A stretch of DNA of 64,000 nt from positions 265,801-329,800 of the IMG/VR virus record IMGVR_UViG_3300028840_008160. One strand, given 5' to 3'. This document shows positions 20,493-30,628 of this stretch, piece by piece. The translations under genes were made by a program, and so were the position numbers. Positions within the stretch are counted from its first letter, which is position 1; every line of letters begins with the position of its first letter. The notes under the pieces are model-generated. The model was not told the origin of the DNA. It saw nothing but the letters and a program-made list of their open reading frames with translations, and ran no database searches.

Positions 20493-20680
20493 AAAATTAT
20501 GATAAAGCAAAAGCTGCTGTTGCTGAAGACGAAGATTTACAAAAAGCTGTTGACGAATTAATGTGGCAATATGTTAGCGAAGACGGCATGTCAAAAAGAT
20601 TGGCTAAACGAAAAGCAATGCGAGTAATTGCTAGAACGTTATCAAAATTGCCAAAGGATAAAAATGATCAACCATCCTGA
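20489..20680 (+). CDS. hypothetical protein
   Basis: 63 aa ATGA-coupled ORF. Confidence 0.55.
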   Translation: MKNYDKAKAAVAEDEDLQKAVDELMWQYVSEDGMSKRLAKRKAMRVIARTLSKLPKDKNDQPS

Positions 20681-21794
20681 CATCAAGAAAAAGCGGCTGT
20701 CTTCGTATAGCTATATTGAAACTAGAACAGCAAATGATCAACTTTTAGAAGTTCGATGTCCAACTGAATATGTTGATAAAGTTAAAGAAGTTTTAGCTTT
20801 AACTGTATCAATCCAGCCTGCAATAAATCATACAACTAATGTGACTCACGGCGGTTATGGGCGGTATTCAAGATTCAAACTTGACCAGAAAAAATATGCT
20901 GGTGGTCATGGAGGTTATATTGAAGTACTGCGAATTCTAGATGCGCCTGACAACAGATGCCCTAATGTGCTTCATTCAATGTCAGTATATCATGGATCGT
21001 CGTTTACAGAATTCAAAACGATTAAAGACGCTGTTGACGCATGGAATAAGTATTATGGTAAATTATTTGAGAGAGAGTCATTAGAAGAAATACCTGGATT
21101 TATACGACATGTTAAGTGCGGTGTGCTAGATCCTTGGTTTTATGCATTAGGCGATCAGCATATTACAGGGGATTTTGTTTTTCCCGATGTATTTAATGAA
21201 CATCCTCAATATAGAGTAGGGACCAAGTTTATTGTTGATGATAAGGCTGACGGCTGTAGGAAAGTTAAAATGTGTATGGGTGCTGTAACGCGTGAGAAAG
21301 ACAGCGGTAATTATTGGGGCTGCACTGGAAATAAATATCGTGAGACAGAAATCTTCTGGGATGATGGCACGTCGTCATTAGCAACTAATAATGTTCGAAT
21401 ATTACAAGATAATAAATTATGGATTGATGAAGCAATTACGAAATTTAAACGACTCATCTCTGGTACTTGCACGCATTTTGAGATACCATTCGTTGATGGA
21501 AGTAAATTTCTTGGCAGACTTAAATTATGTGATGGAACGTCAAAATCAGAGCCCGGCATTTATGTAATTACTGTCGTCGTCAAGGACAAAAATGGAGAAC
21601 GCACTGTGACAGGGCGACAGTCATTTACGCCAACCGATGACTGCAAAACAATATATGACAGAGTCAAACTGGACGCTGAAATCAAAGGAATTGAATTAGT
21701 TCGATTTGAATCTTGCGTTAAAGAAAACAAACGTAATGAGTCAGCAAAATGGAAAGGCGTTTTCGAGCTTGAAAAAGTTGAAAAAAACATATAA
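20628..21794 (+). CDS. hypothetical protein (start possibly 20664)
   Basis: long open frame, no motif recognised. Confidence 0.7.
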   Translation: MLERYQNCQRIKMINHPDIKKKRLSSYSYIETRTANDQLLEVRCPTEYVDKVKEVLALTVSIQPAINHTTNVTHGGYGRYSRFKLDQKKYAGGHGGYIEVLRILDAPDNRCPNVLHSMSVYHGSSFTEFKTIKDAVDAWNKYYGKLFERESLEEIPGFIRHVKCGVLDPWFYALGDQHITGDFVFPDVFNEHPQYRVGTKFIVDDKADGCRKVKMCMGAVTREKDSGNYWGCTGNKYRETEIFWDDGTSSLATNNVRILQDNKLWIDEAITKFKRLISGTCTHFEIPFVDGSKFLGRLKLCDGTSKSEPGIYVITVVVKDKNGERTVTGRQSFTPTDDCKTIYDRVKLDAEIKGIELVRFESCVKENKRNESAKWKGVFELEKVEKNI

Positions 21795-22161
21795 TAAAAT
21801 ACCAAAAATTGATTGCGAACCTGGTTGTACTGAATGTTGTGGTATTGTTCCAATTAGTCGTGATGAAGCTAGAAATATTGGTATTAATGATAGACGTCTT
21901 CTACCAGTTAAAGATGACGGAATAACTTGCGCATATGTTTGTAAGACAGGTTGTTCAATTTACAAGAAGAGACCAGTTTTGTGCAGACTAATGGGCGTTG
22001 TTGAAAAAATGCCTTGTCCAAAACGACAACCTGAACGTATGTTGACGCAAAAAGAAGAAGATGAACTTATGAATGAAATATTTCATGGTAAGATTAGTGG
22101 ACAAATGTCAAATGAACTTAGTAATTTGGTAGAAAAATTGAAATGCCAGACAGAGAAGTAA
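21706..22161 (+). CDS. YkgJ-family cysteine-cluster protein (start uncertain)
   Basis: CEPGCTECCG...CAY...GCSIYKKRPVLCRLMG. Confidence 0.8.
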   Translation: MNLALKKTNVMSQQNGKAFSSLKKLKKTYNKIPKIDCEPGCTECCGIVPISRDEARNIGINDRRLLPVKDDGITCAYVCKTGCSIYKKRPVLCRLMGVVEKMPCPKRQPERMLTQKEEDELMNEIFHGKISGQMSNELSNLVEKLKCQTEK

Positions 22162-22490
22162 TGCCGACAATCATAGTTCCAGATAGGTCGTTTCTCGTCG
22201 GCTCAATTCACGGATTGAATGCTGGTCGACGCCTTGAAAAAGGTAATGACATTCAGCCTATTGTTACTGAAACTCAAGGAAATAATGCAAATGAGATTAA
22301 GCATGTACCTTATATGGGTTATTTTTTACATTGCACATGCAGTAAGTGTGGATACATGTTTGCATGGGATGATCCGAATGATATTCCTGAAGAGTCGCTA
22401 GAATGTGGTAATGATGAATGCGATAACATTGTTATTTTGTATGGTGTTGGTAATTCAAATTTGTGGCGAATTGGAACAATAAAACTGTAA
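22143..22490 (+). CDS. Zn-ribbon hypothetical protein
   Basis: CTCSKCG...CGNDECD. Confidence 0.55.
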   Translation: MPDREVMPTIIVPDRSFLVGSIHGLNAGRRLEKGNDIQPIVTETQGNNANEIKHVPYMGYFLHCTCSKCGYMFAWDDPNDIPEESLECGNDECDNIVILYGVGNSNLWRIGTIKL

Positions 22491-22544
22491 ACTTATCTTG
22501 ATTCGCATACAATAAATTAAGGAGCGTTCAATGAGGAGCAACAT

Positions 22545-23117
22545 TTGGTCGTCCGCAACAAAATTGAGAGTGATCGCATCATCCGTGATCTTGGGGTTAA
22601 CTACTCTCCTTTTTGCTTGGTCTATAATCAAAAAGAGGCTGAAAAAGCGATAGCTAAGATTAAAGAGCTAATCGGAATTAGAGAAAAACGAGCTGGTGGA
22701 GGTCACTTGATTACAGGATTGACTGTTCCACAAGCTTTTTCTTTTGTAAATTCAAAAAATATGGTTGCTTATCCATGTAGTATTTATCATGATATGCGAG
22801 AAACAGAAGATCATCTTAGATATCAAGGTGAAATTCAATTACACCCTGATGGAACAATGTGCGGCATTTACAATACAACTCCTGGGATAAAAAATAGAGA
22901 GGCGTGCATTAGATCTGAAGCTGTTCGTTTTGGGACATATTACCAAAGTCCAGCTATACTTGATGAAGTTTCATGGGATTGGAGGCCAGTACGTGATATA
23001 GTTGATTATTGTTGCGACTACGATTTAATTGGACCTGTTATTGAATACTCATTATATGATGTGCCTGTTGGTTGGAAGAACGAATTTGTAGTGATTTGGG
23101 AGATAAGGAACTATTGA
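22545..23117 (+). CDS. hypothetical protein
   Basis: 190 aa ORF, SD AGGAG, TTG start. Confidence 0.6.
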   Translation: MVVRNKIESDRIIRDLGVNYSPFCLVYNQKEAEKAIAKIKELIGIREKRAGGGHLITGLTVPQAFSFVNSKNMVAYPCSIYHDMRETEDHLRYQGEIQLHPDGTMCGIYNTTPGIKNREACIRSEAVRFGTYYQSPAILDEVSWDWRPVRDIVDYCCDYDLIGPVIEYSLYDVPVGWKNEFVVIWEIRNY

Positions 23118-23302
23118 TGTCATTACTTATTAAACCAACGCCAGTTCTTACTGGTGAAGATGCGCAGCGTTTTGCAAAGGCTATAGAAAATCCAAAGCCT
23201 GTGTTAAAAGAAGAGTATCTTCGTGCCAAGAAGACGTATGAAGCTGTGGTACGAAAGCATAGTCAATTTTCTATAGAAAATGACTTGACTACTCTTCAAT
23301 GA
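23117..23302 (+). CDS. small protein resembling DUF1778/antitoxin C-terminal segment
   Basis: IKPTPVLTGEDAQRFAKAIENP. Confidence 0.4.
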   Translation: MSLLIKPTPVLTGEDAQRFAKAIENPKPVLKEEYLRAKKTYEAVVRKHSQFSIENDLTTLQ

Positions 23303-23913
23303 AAGACTATCCAGCAATTTCACGAGACATTCAGTTCGGATTACCTGTTTATGCTTTTGATAAATTGGACGGGTCAAATATTCGAGCAGAGTGGACGCGT
23401 AAGCATGGGTTTAATAAATTCGGCAGTAGAAAACGATTACTTGGCACAGACCAAGAATTTTTGCCAGAAGCGATTAGGCTTGTCAAAGACAATTTTGAAG
23501 AGCAACTTGCGAAGATTTTTGTAAAACAACGATTTGACCGTGTTATGTGCTTCTTCGAATTTTATGGTGAAAACTCGTTTGCCGGAGTGCATGTCAAAGA
23601 ACCCCATCGTGTAGTCTTATTTGATGTTAATCCTTATAAGAAAGGGATAATGTTTCCTCGTGAATTTTTAAGTTTGTTTGGGCATCTCGACATTCCTCGA
23701 TTATTACATCAAGGTAATTGCACTCATCCATTCGTAGATAGTGTCAAAAATAATTCACTTGAAGGACTGACAAGTGAAGGTGTTGTTTGTAAAGCACCGG
23801 GTAAAGGAAAAATGTCATTGCCTATAATGTTCAAAGTTAAGACAGAACAGTGGATCACTAAACTCAAAACATATTGCGGTGATGATGAAAGATTGTTTAG
23901 AGAACTGTTATGA
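23299..23913 (+). CDS. RNA ligase 2-like adenylation domain
   Basis: KLDGSN (motif I), FFEFYG, LFDV, EGVVCK, FKVK. Confidence 0.8.
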   Translation: MKDYPAISRDIQFGLPVYAFDKLDGSNIRAEWTRKHGFNKFGSRKRLLGTDQEFLPEAIRLVKDNFEEQLAKIFVKQRFDRVMCFFEFYGENSFAGVHVKEPHRVVLFDVNPYKKGIMFPREFLSLFGHLDIPRLLHQGNCTHPFVDSVKNNSLEGLTSEGVVCKAPGKGKMSLPIMFKVKTEQWITKLKTYCGDDERLFRELL

Positions 23914-24407
23914 ACGTTGATCGAGAACTTATTGAGAAATATTTCAGACGCTTACATCGTTTTGAACGTTTAAGTAACTGTGATGCACCAATGTCAATAC
24001 TAGAGAGTGAATTAGAATTGATTGAGGCTGCGCAAGAAGAATTAACAAATGTTGGATTAGATGTCAATTTGTGGATGACAACACCACAGGGTCAAGTTGA
24101 ATTTCGGACGTTTTGTGCAACGACAGATCATCTTGAAAAATGTAGTGCAAGATGTGGTCAATGTTTTGAATTCAAGTATATTGAACATTTTGGTTGTGAA
24201 TTTTCGTCTGCAACACCATTTCGTTGTCCGTACTTCAAAGATTCCGGGTATTATATCGACGATCGAATTCATCGATTTATGATTAATCGTTGTTCAAAAT
24301 GCAAACATCACACTGAACATAAATTAGCAAATGATCTTGGCTTTGAAATTAATTGTTCAAAGAAGCTGGATCAATTAGCAGAAAAATGCGAGACATTTGA
24401 AGAATGA
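23910..24407 (+). CDS. Cys-rich hypothetical protein
   Basis: multiple CxxC motifs. Confidence 0.6.
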   Translation: MNVDRELIEKYFRRLHRFERLSNCDAPMSILESELELIEAAQEELTNVGLDVNLWMTTPQGQVEFRTFCATTDHLEKCSARCGQCFEFKYIEHFGCEFSSATPFRCPYFKDSGYYIDDRIHRFMINRCSKCKHHTEHKLANDLGFEINCSKKLDQLAEKCETFEE

Positions 24408-24802
24408 TAAAAGCAATTGAGTTTTTGTTGAATGGTGAGACGCATCGAATTGATGCAAGACATTACTGACTCTATTAAACCACAACTTAAACTAGAATTG
24501 ATTTGTTTTAAATGTGGTGTAAGAGGCGAGATTGGTAAAGATCAGTTCATTGGAAAAGTAAATGTGAAAATCGACTAGATGAAGCTAGCAGAATAGAGAT
24601 AAATGATGGAACAGCCATTGCAATAATGTCAGAACCTCAAGGTGATAGAAAAATTTGCGCGTTTCATGAAACATACAATTATTTGAAATTAGCTCAAGGT
24701 CATTCCAAGGTTTTGAGAAATGGATAGATGAAGCTAAATAAATCGTTGCTTTATAAACGAGATAATATGTTAAATTCGTTCACATTCACAAGGAGCAACG
24801 AT

Positions 24803-25036
24803 ATGAAAGTATTCGCTATTCTTTTGATTGCGGCAGTGTCAGTTCTTGCAAAAGCAGATACCGTTACTGTCATCAAGTGCGATACAATCATTGCATGCAA
24901 AGTATTAAATGTAGTCACTACAACAAAAGATACAACTGTCGTGTCAAAAATTGACACGATAGAAGTTAAAGATCCAGTAAAGCCTATTAAGAAAGAAGAG
25001 ACTGTTGCATCAAAGAAAGAGAAATCAAAGAAATAG
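24803..25036 (+). CDS. small secreted protein
   Basis: SD AAGGAG; signal peptide MKVFAILLIAAVSVLAKA; Lys-rich tail. Confidence 0.65.
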   Translation: MKVFAILLIAAVSVLAKADTVTVIKCDTIIACKVLNVVTTTKDTTVVSKIDTIEVKDPVKPIKKEETVASKKEKSKK

Positions 25037-25061
25037 TCGACTATATATTTATTGTGTATAT

Positions 25062-25093
25062 AGGGCACGATGTTTTTCATCGTGCCCTTTTTT
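25062..25093 (+). terminator. intrinsic terminator
   Basis: AGGGCACGATG-TTTTT-CATCGTGCCCT then T run. Confidence 0.9.
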
Positions 25094-25107
25094 GTTTTGG
25101 AGGAATA

Positions 25108-25422
25108 ATGAGTGATGAAAAAGGTTGGTCATATATTTGTTATAGCGGAACAAAGGTATTTAGACGATCTAAATGCGATGAGTCGTTTCAAGATTGGCCG
25201 CTTGTAAAAAACGAATTAAAAGTTGGTGATGAAGTCATTACGTGCGTTTTTGGGACGTATCAACAAGGTATTGTTGTTTGTAAAGACGACTCAGGCTGTC
25301 TATTTGTTGATGCAGGGTCAAATATAACTAACTTGAAATTTGACGAAGATGATCGGCACTGTTGGACAACATCATGTGCTTTTAATAAAGCAGCAATGGT
25401 AAAGGTCAAACGTGAAAATTGA
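25108..25422 (+). CDS. hypothetical protein
   Basis: SD GGAGG before ATG 25108. Confidence 0.65.
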   Translation: MSDEKGWSYICYSGTKVFRRSKCDESFQDWPLVKNELKVGDEVITCVFGTYQQGIVVCKDDSGCLFVDAGSNITNLKFDEDDRHCWTTSCAFNKAAMVKVKREN

Positions 25423-25753
25423 TGATGGCAAAATTGTTGTTATTTCGCAACCGACCCATGTGACAATTTCGTGGTACGTTGGTAGTGGTTTTGTTGAAAG
25501 AGCAACGGTAAGCGCAGATTTAGTGGATCAATGGTGGATTAATAGAGTGTTAGTTCAACCAGAAAGTAATCGTGGGCTTGGCATTGGAAGTCATTTACTT
25601 AAAATGTTGAAAGAAGAAGTCAAAAAACAAGGTGGAACAAAAATAGTTGTGGCACCTGGTGGATATGATCAAAATAAGGATCGTCAAGTTAGATTTTACA
25701 AAAAACATAATTTTATTGAATATGAGCAAGGGAGTTATATTTGTTTTCTGTGA
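25412..25753 (+). CDS. GNAT-family acetyltransferase
   Basis: INRVLVQPESNRGLGIGSHLL acetyl-CoA loop; RFYKKHNF. Confidence 0.8.
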   Translation: MKIDDGKIVVISQPTHVTISWYVGSGFVERATVSADLVDQWWINRVLVQPESNRGLGIGSHLLKMLKEEVKKQGGTKIVVAPGGYDQNKDRQVRFYKKHNFIEYEQGSYICFL

Positions 25754-26403
25754 TTTCCGACCCAAAGAGTAAATTTATTGCTCAAAAGATTGTAAAAACA
25801 GTTAATGACTGCAGATTAAGAAATTTGCCGGCAGAAAAGATTGTATTGACAAAAAAAGTGTTCAATGATTTGAGTCATGATGAAGACTATTTTGCTGGCT
25901 TTGACATATCTGACAATCAAGAATATCTTTTTGGTGTGAATGTTTGCGTTGTTAGCGACGGTAGGTGTCAAGTAATTGCACCAACACAGTTTGGACGACA
26001 AACATTCGACATACAGTGTAGCAAAAAAGACTTTTTCGTTCATACTATACGGCAAAATCTTTATGTTCGTACTATATCTCGATCAGGGGCAGTAAGTAAT
26101 GTATCACCGGCTGAAGAACGAGCAATTGAGCTTCTTCGAGAGATGATTACAGAAGCAGAATTTCGAAGATACCTTAAATATGGTTTCATTCTTGTTCAGG
26201 CACAAAGTAGTCGAATATATCAAGTGTTTAGAGAAGCAAGACACATAAAAGTTTGGCTGAATGGTAAATGTATTGAAGAAATTTGCGTGCGATTGAACGA
26301 ACTGCCTCAAACTGATTACGTAGTGGCTTTCAAAGTTATGATTGAGACAGATGAAATTGAGTTCAGACAATTAGGAAATTTATATAGGTTGGCAGCTTCA
26401 TGA
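25741..26403 (+). CDS. LREMITE paralog family protein
   Basis: AIELLREMITEAEFRRYLKYGF...IEEIC...TDYVVAFKVMIETDEIEFRQLGN shared with 19642 and 36770. Confidence 0.75.
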   Translation: MFSVISDPKSKFIAQKIVKTVNDCRLRNLPAEKIVLTKKVFNDLSHDEDYFAGFDISDNQEYLFGVNVCVVSDGRCQVIAPTQFGRQTFDIQCSKKDFFVHTIRQNLYVRTISRSGAVSNVSPAEERAIELLREMITEAEFRRYLKYGFILVQAQSSRIYQVFREARHIKVWLNGKCIEEICVRLNELPQTDYVVAFKVMIETDEIEFRQLGNLYRLAAS

Positions 26404-26870
26404 GATTAACACAAAAACGACTAGATTTTTTAACGACATTTGTTAGAGACAGATCGTACTCTGTACGATTAAGCAATTGTTTAGAGAACTTTTTGTTTAT
26501 GATTGATGTGTTATTGTATTCACAATCAGAGTTACGCAAATTACCGAATTTTGGTGTAGTAGCTGAAGAAGAATTGAAGCAAGATTTCAAAAATCACGGA
26601 TTGAGTTTACGAACAATATTTAGTAAAGCACAGATGTTAAGAATTCGACAGGTTAGATTTGAGAAAGTACTTCATACACCATGCATCAAATATTGGCGAT
26701 TTTTTGATAGAGTGCTTGAGCGTTTAATACCAAAAGATTGCAAAGATAGAGAAATATTCAAAAAACTACTTGTGAGAAAAATGTGTCATAAATGGGCGCA
26801 TGTAAAAGGTGAAAAAAAACGACAGCAAATTATAGAACTTATGAGGTTTGCAAAGTTGGAACACAATTAG
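26400..26870 (+). CDS. RNA polymerase alpha subunit C-terminal domain-like protein
   Basis: SVRLSNCL...IDVLLYSQSELRKLPNFGVVAEEELK matches alpha-CTD pattern. Confidence 0.7.
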   Translation: MRLTQKRLDFLTTFVRDRSYSVRLSNCLENFLFMIDVLLYSQSELRKLPNFGVVAEEELKQDFKNHGLSLRTIFSKAQMLRIRQVRFEKVLHTPCIKYWRFFDRVLERLIPKDCKDREIFKKLLVRKMCHKWAHVKGEKKRQQIIELMRFAKLEHN

Positions 26871-26953
26871 TTCAAGAGATTGAAGAATTGAGATGGTCTT
26901 GTGAATAGATATTTTATATTTTCAGTAATCAATATACAGCATAAGGTTGCGTA

Positions 26954-27175
26954 ATGAGAATTGATTCAATAAGAACTCAACACTTGCATACACTTACTGC
27001 TTATAATCAAGCGAGAGGCTGAGCTATTGCCGCGTTAAGTCAACGCTTAGTTGAATTGCATAGAAAAGCGTCTGAGACAAATGATCCTATACTTATAAAA
27101 ATTATTAGCAAAATTGAGACAAGAAAGCCATTAACAAATAATCAAATTCAATTTGCTTTTGACCAATTAAAGTGA
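26954..27175 (+). pseudogene. small ORF with in-frame TGA (27020-27022)
   Basis: frame continues 50 codons past the TGA and ends in a GTGA overlap with the next gene. Confidence 0.5.
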
Positions 27176-27480
27176 AGGTTTATATGTTTCACATTTTAGA
27201 ATGGTGGCAATTCAATTTAGCTTTACAAATTGAACTTGACCGTCAAAATGATTTTAAAGAACTTTGTATTGATAAAGCAGAAATTTTAGATTGTTTAAAA
27301 AGAGCAAATAAAAGTATTGATGAGATTAAAAGAATCAAATCAAGTTGTCCGTTATTGAGACAACAATCAAATAAGCGTATTCGCCAATTAAAATCTTTGT
27401 CTCGCAAATTCCGCGGCCAGCTCAGACAAGTACAACAGATGCTGAGCAATTACGATCGCTATGGTGAAATAAATCCATAG
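27172..27480 (+). CDS. coiled-coil hypothetical protein
   Basis: 102 aa GTG-start ORF. Confidence 0.5.
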   Translation: MKVYMFHILEWWQFNLALQIELDRQNDFKELCIDKAEILDCLKRANKSIDEIKRIKSSCPLLRQQSNKRIRQLKSLSRKFRGQLRQVQQMLSNYDRYGEINP

Positions 27481-27611
27481 TCCTGCCTGCTTATCTAAAT
27501 CGTAAATGTGTTGAAAAAATTTAAAAAAAATGTACTATAGAAGTGTATTTTTGACAAAGAGTTATTATTATGAAGAGTGATAAAAGAACAACAAAAGAAA
27601 AGTAGGAGGAA

Positions 27612-28004
27612 GTGATGGCTATTTGTATATCATACAACAGCATTCCTTCATTAGATGAAACAGTTAAAAGAGTTCAAGTTAGTGAAGATGGTTATGTAAT
27701 GTGGGTTACATTATCAAGCGGAAAACAACTCGTTTCTCGTTTTTTTGACACTAATGAATGGCCTAAAGTTAGACGGCATCTTGCACCGCATGTGATTGTT
27801 GATGATGAAAATGTGCCTAATTTTGAACCTGACGCTGGCAAATATTACTGGGCTAAAAATAAACATGAATCAGTATGGCGAGTTTGGTATATCGGATTGG
27901 ATCCAGATGACAACAAATGGGTTCATCAAATAGATATTAAACCATTAAGATTAGATGATATGGATTTAAGTGAATATGATATTAAAGAAGCAAAGCCATG
28001 TTAA
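27612..28004 (+). CDS. hypothetical protein
   Basis: SD AGGAGG, GTG start. Confidence 0.65.
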   Translation: MMAICISYNSIPSLDETVKRVQVSEDGYVMWVTLSSGKQLVSRFFDTNEWPKVRRHLAPHVIVDDENVPNFEPDAGKYYWAKNKHESVWRVWYIGLDPDDNKWVHQIDIKPLRLDDMDLSEYDIKEAKPC

Positions 28005-28013
28005 GGAAAATAT

Positions 28014-29663
28014 ATGTATAATGAACCGAAAGCAGATTGCAGTTTAACAGCAGGATACAGATCTTTAGTAGTTAATCCTAAGAATCCTCTATATCATCTG
28101 TTTAATTTTATTGCAAAAGAATATGCAAATGATACAGAGAAATTATTGAAACATTTTACAGGTTTACTTGCGCTAAGTATAGATACGGGTGTGATTAAGA
28201 ATAAAAATTTGCGTGTTGCTGTTAAATTTTTGAAATTTGGAGTAACTGGTTCAATTTTTGGATCTGAATTTATAATGCACATTCGCAATTATATTCATGA
28301 TCAGAAAAGTATGAAAGCTGATCCATTCAAAAAACGTATGATAAAAGCTTCAAAACTGCTCGAAATAAAAGAAGAAGATGCAATGTATGCTAATTTACCT
28401 CACGCTGAAGTAAATATGAGTACAGAATTTGCTATGTGGTTCGTGAATAGACCTCAAACATACAAAGTCAGAATCAAGGGTTATTACAATATGCAATCTC
28501 TTGAAGAAATAACAAAAGAATTAGAATTTGAACCAGGTCGAACTACAGAAGTTGCAATCATATTTGAAATAAACAAAGAATTTTTTATATGGGACCTTGT
28601 TTTTAAGACTGGTATTTTAGGAATATCAGGAGTATCATCATCATATTTTGTAGGCAAGATGATAAATGAAGATAAAGTTAATGACATTCGAAAGGCTATG
28701 TTGTTTGATTTTGCTCAAAGCTTAAACTATAAAGAAAATACTATTTGGTTTGATGGTTGGGGAGGATTATATTCTAAACCGCGCCGCGTTGTTTTGGAAC
28801 AAATTAATCAGTTTGACACAACAAGACTTATTACTGAAATTGAAGCAGTACTCGAACATGGACGAAAACGAGCTTTTGCTTTTGTCGGCAAACAAGGCGT
28901 GGGAAAATCGTCAATTCTTAGATTAATTGAACAGAGATTAACAAAATATATGATTATACATCTTACGCCAGATGATTTTGAATATGCGTCTCGCATTCGA
29001 GATAGATTTGAAGTTACAAAACTTTTTCAACCATTAGTACTTATGATTGAAGATTTAGATGCTTGTGGTTTAAAAGAGAAAAAGAAAACTACTGGAGCGT
29101 TTCTTGATTGTATTGATGAAGTTAATAAAGATTTGAATATAGTTATTTTAGTATCAATTAATGACACTGCATTGGTTCACCGCACAATTATCAATCGACC
29201 TGGGCGGTTCGATCGTGTGTTTGAAATTTTTCCGCCTAAAACAATTGATGAAGCATTATATGTAGTCAAATCAAAAATAAATGCAATCCAATCAAATTAT
29301 TGTGAACAAATGCAACCGAAATTGTTTGCTGACGATCCGACAAACATAAATAAAGTACTAGACAGATGTATTAAACAAGGATTTACGCAAGCTGAATTAA
29401 CAAATGCAATTGCAGAACAAGCACTTATAGAAATTGGTATTGATTTAAAATGTGGTTTGTTAGCCAAAACGTGGAATGATATTACTCATATTGAATTTGA
29501 ATCATATCTTGATAAAGCTGTAGATAGTCATATAGCTACAAGGACTGCTATCAAAAACTGCAATTTTCATGATACTGACCCTGATGACGATGACGAAGCC
29601 AAATGCGTAGACAAGCAGGCGTCTCCTGGTTATGGGGCAGTAGAAGCTATGTCTTCTAGTTAA
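28014..29663 (+). CDS. AAA+ ATPase
   Basis: Walker A GKQGVGKS, Walker B LMIEDLD, second region of homology INRPGRFDR. Confidence 0.9.
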   Translation: MYNEPKADCSLTAGYRSLVVNPKNPLYHLFNFIAKEYANDTEKLLKHFTGLLALSIDTGVIKNKNLRVAVKFLKFGVTGSIFGSEFIMHIRNYIHDQKSMKADPFKKRMIKASKLLEIKEEDAMYANLPHAEVNMSTEFAMWFVNRPQTYKVRIKGYYNMQSLEEITKELEFEPGRTTEVAIIFEINKEFFIWDLVFKTGILGISGVSSSYFVGKMINEDKVNDIRKAMLFDFAQSLNYKENTIWFDGWGGLYSKPRRVVLEQINQFDTTRLITEIEAVLEHGRKRAFAFVGKQGVGKSSILRLIEQRLTKYMIIHLTPDDFEYASRIRDRFEVTKLFQPLVLMIEDLDACGLKEKKKTTGAFLDCIDEVNKDLNIVILVSINDTALVHRTIINRPGRFDRVFEIFPPKTIDEALYVVKSKINAIQSNYCEQMQPKLFADDPTNINKVLDRCIKQGFTQAELTNAIAEQALIEIGIDLKCGLLAKTWNDITHIEFESYLDKAVDSHIATRTAIKNCNFHDTDPDDDDEAKCVDKQASPGYGAVEAMSSS

Positions 29664-29685
29664 TCTACGTTTTTAGATATGACTA
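29662..29685 (+). promoter_or_regulatory. TGACTA-box promoter candidate
   Basis: AATCTACG-TTTTTAGATA-TGACTA, ATG 7 nt downstream (29693). Confidence 0.65.
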
Positions 29686-29692
29686 CTCTAAC

Positions 29693-29986
29693 ATGTCTGT
29701 TGTACCTAATTACATTGAATTCACTAATGAAGAGCTTGTTGATTTAAGTTATCGACTTCAAAATTCAAATTCAATTCATGCTAAACAACTTGCCAAAAAG
29801 ATTGATCGTTCGATAGGTCAATTTACTACGACAAATCTCCTTGGTTCACTAAATTCTTCATTTGAAGATCGTATTTGTAAAGATTTGATTTTTTTCATGT
29901 CGATAAACGACGTGGCAAAAATTGATGATAAAGAACCGTTTAAAACAATAGCATTGTGGAGATTACATTTAGGGAGACAACGTTGA
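29693..29986 (+). CDS. hypothetical protein, predicted leaderless
   Basis: no SD; ATG 7 nt after box. Confidence 0.6.
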   Translation: MSVVPNYIEFTNEELVDLSYRLQNSNSIHAKQLAKKIDRSIGQFTTTNLLGSLNSSFEDRICKDLIFFMSINDVAKIDDKEPFKTIALWRLHLGRQR

Positions 29987-30213
29987 TTCAAACAGCAATT
30001 TTGATTTTAAGTGGTTTAGCTATTTGGCTAGCGACGACAAAACAACCCGTTTATCGTTTGATTGGTGGTTGCATTGGTTTAATTGGTCAGTCATTTTGGC
30101 TGTATGAAACATTTGTTAAGATTCAATGGGGAATGTTTTTATTGAGTATATGGTTTTTGATCATATATGTGAAAACAATTATTGTGGCATGTAAAGACAG
30201 GAGGCAATCATGA
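29956..30213 (+). CDS. small three-TM membrane protein
   Basis: hydrophobic segments with GLIGQSFW and QWGMF. Confidence 0.6.
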   Translation: MEITFRETTLIQTAILILSGLAIWLATTKQPVYRLIGGCIGLIGQSFWLYETFVKIQWGMFLLSIWFLIIYVKTIIVACKDRRQS

Positions 30214-30626
30214 GTGTTCCAGGGACATTTTCAGTGACAGAACTAGCAAATGCTAGAGCTGCTGTTATTGCTAGCATTGGCAAAGCTCGTCTTACTAAAG
30301 ATGGAAAAATGATTGGTAGTCCATTTATTACGTACACTGAACTTGCTGACAAAATGGGCTGGACAATTGACGATGAATGGGACGGCGATAGAATGGGATC
30401 ACTAGCTGGTCAAATTTCTGAACAAGAAATAAATATGGGCGGACCATTCATTGGTGCAGTTATTGTTAAAAAAGGTGAAATGCGACCTGGTATTGGGTTT
30501 TATCGATATGGTGCACATCTTAAAAGAATGCAAAAAGATGTCGATAAAGTTGACCCAAATGGCATTGAAGAAAACATTTTTTGGACGAAAGAAGTTATTG
30601 CTTCTGTTGAAAAATATGGCAGGTAA
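30210..30626 (+). CDS. putative winged-helix protein
   Basis: ITYTELADKMG...G...GQISEQE...PFIGAVIV...PGIGFY. Confidence 0.5.
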   Translation: MSVPGTFSVTELANARAAVIASIGKARLTKDGKMIGSPFITYTELADKMGWTIDDEWDGDRMGSLAGQISEQEINMGGPFIGAVIVKKGEMRPGIGFYRYGAHLKRMQKDVDKVDPNGIEENIFWTKEVIASVEKYGR

Positions 30627-30628
30627 TT

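Noticed and set aside
27020-27022. Selenocysteine UGA
   Set aside because: No redox motif context and no evident SECIS hairpin after the codon.
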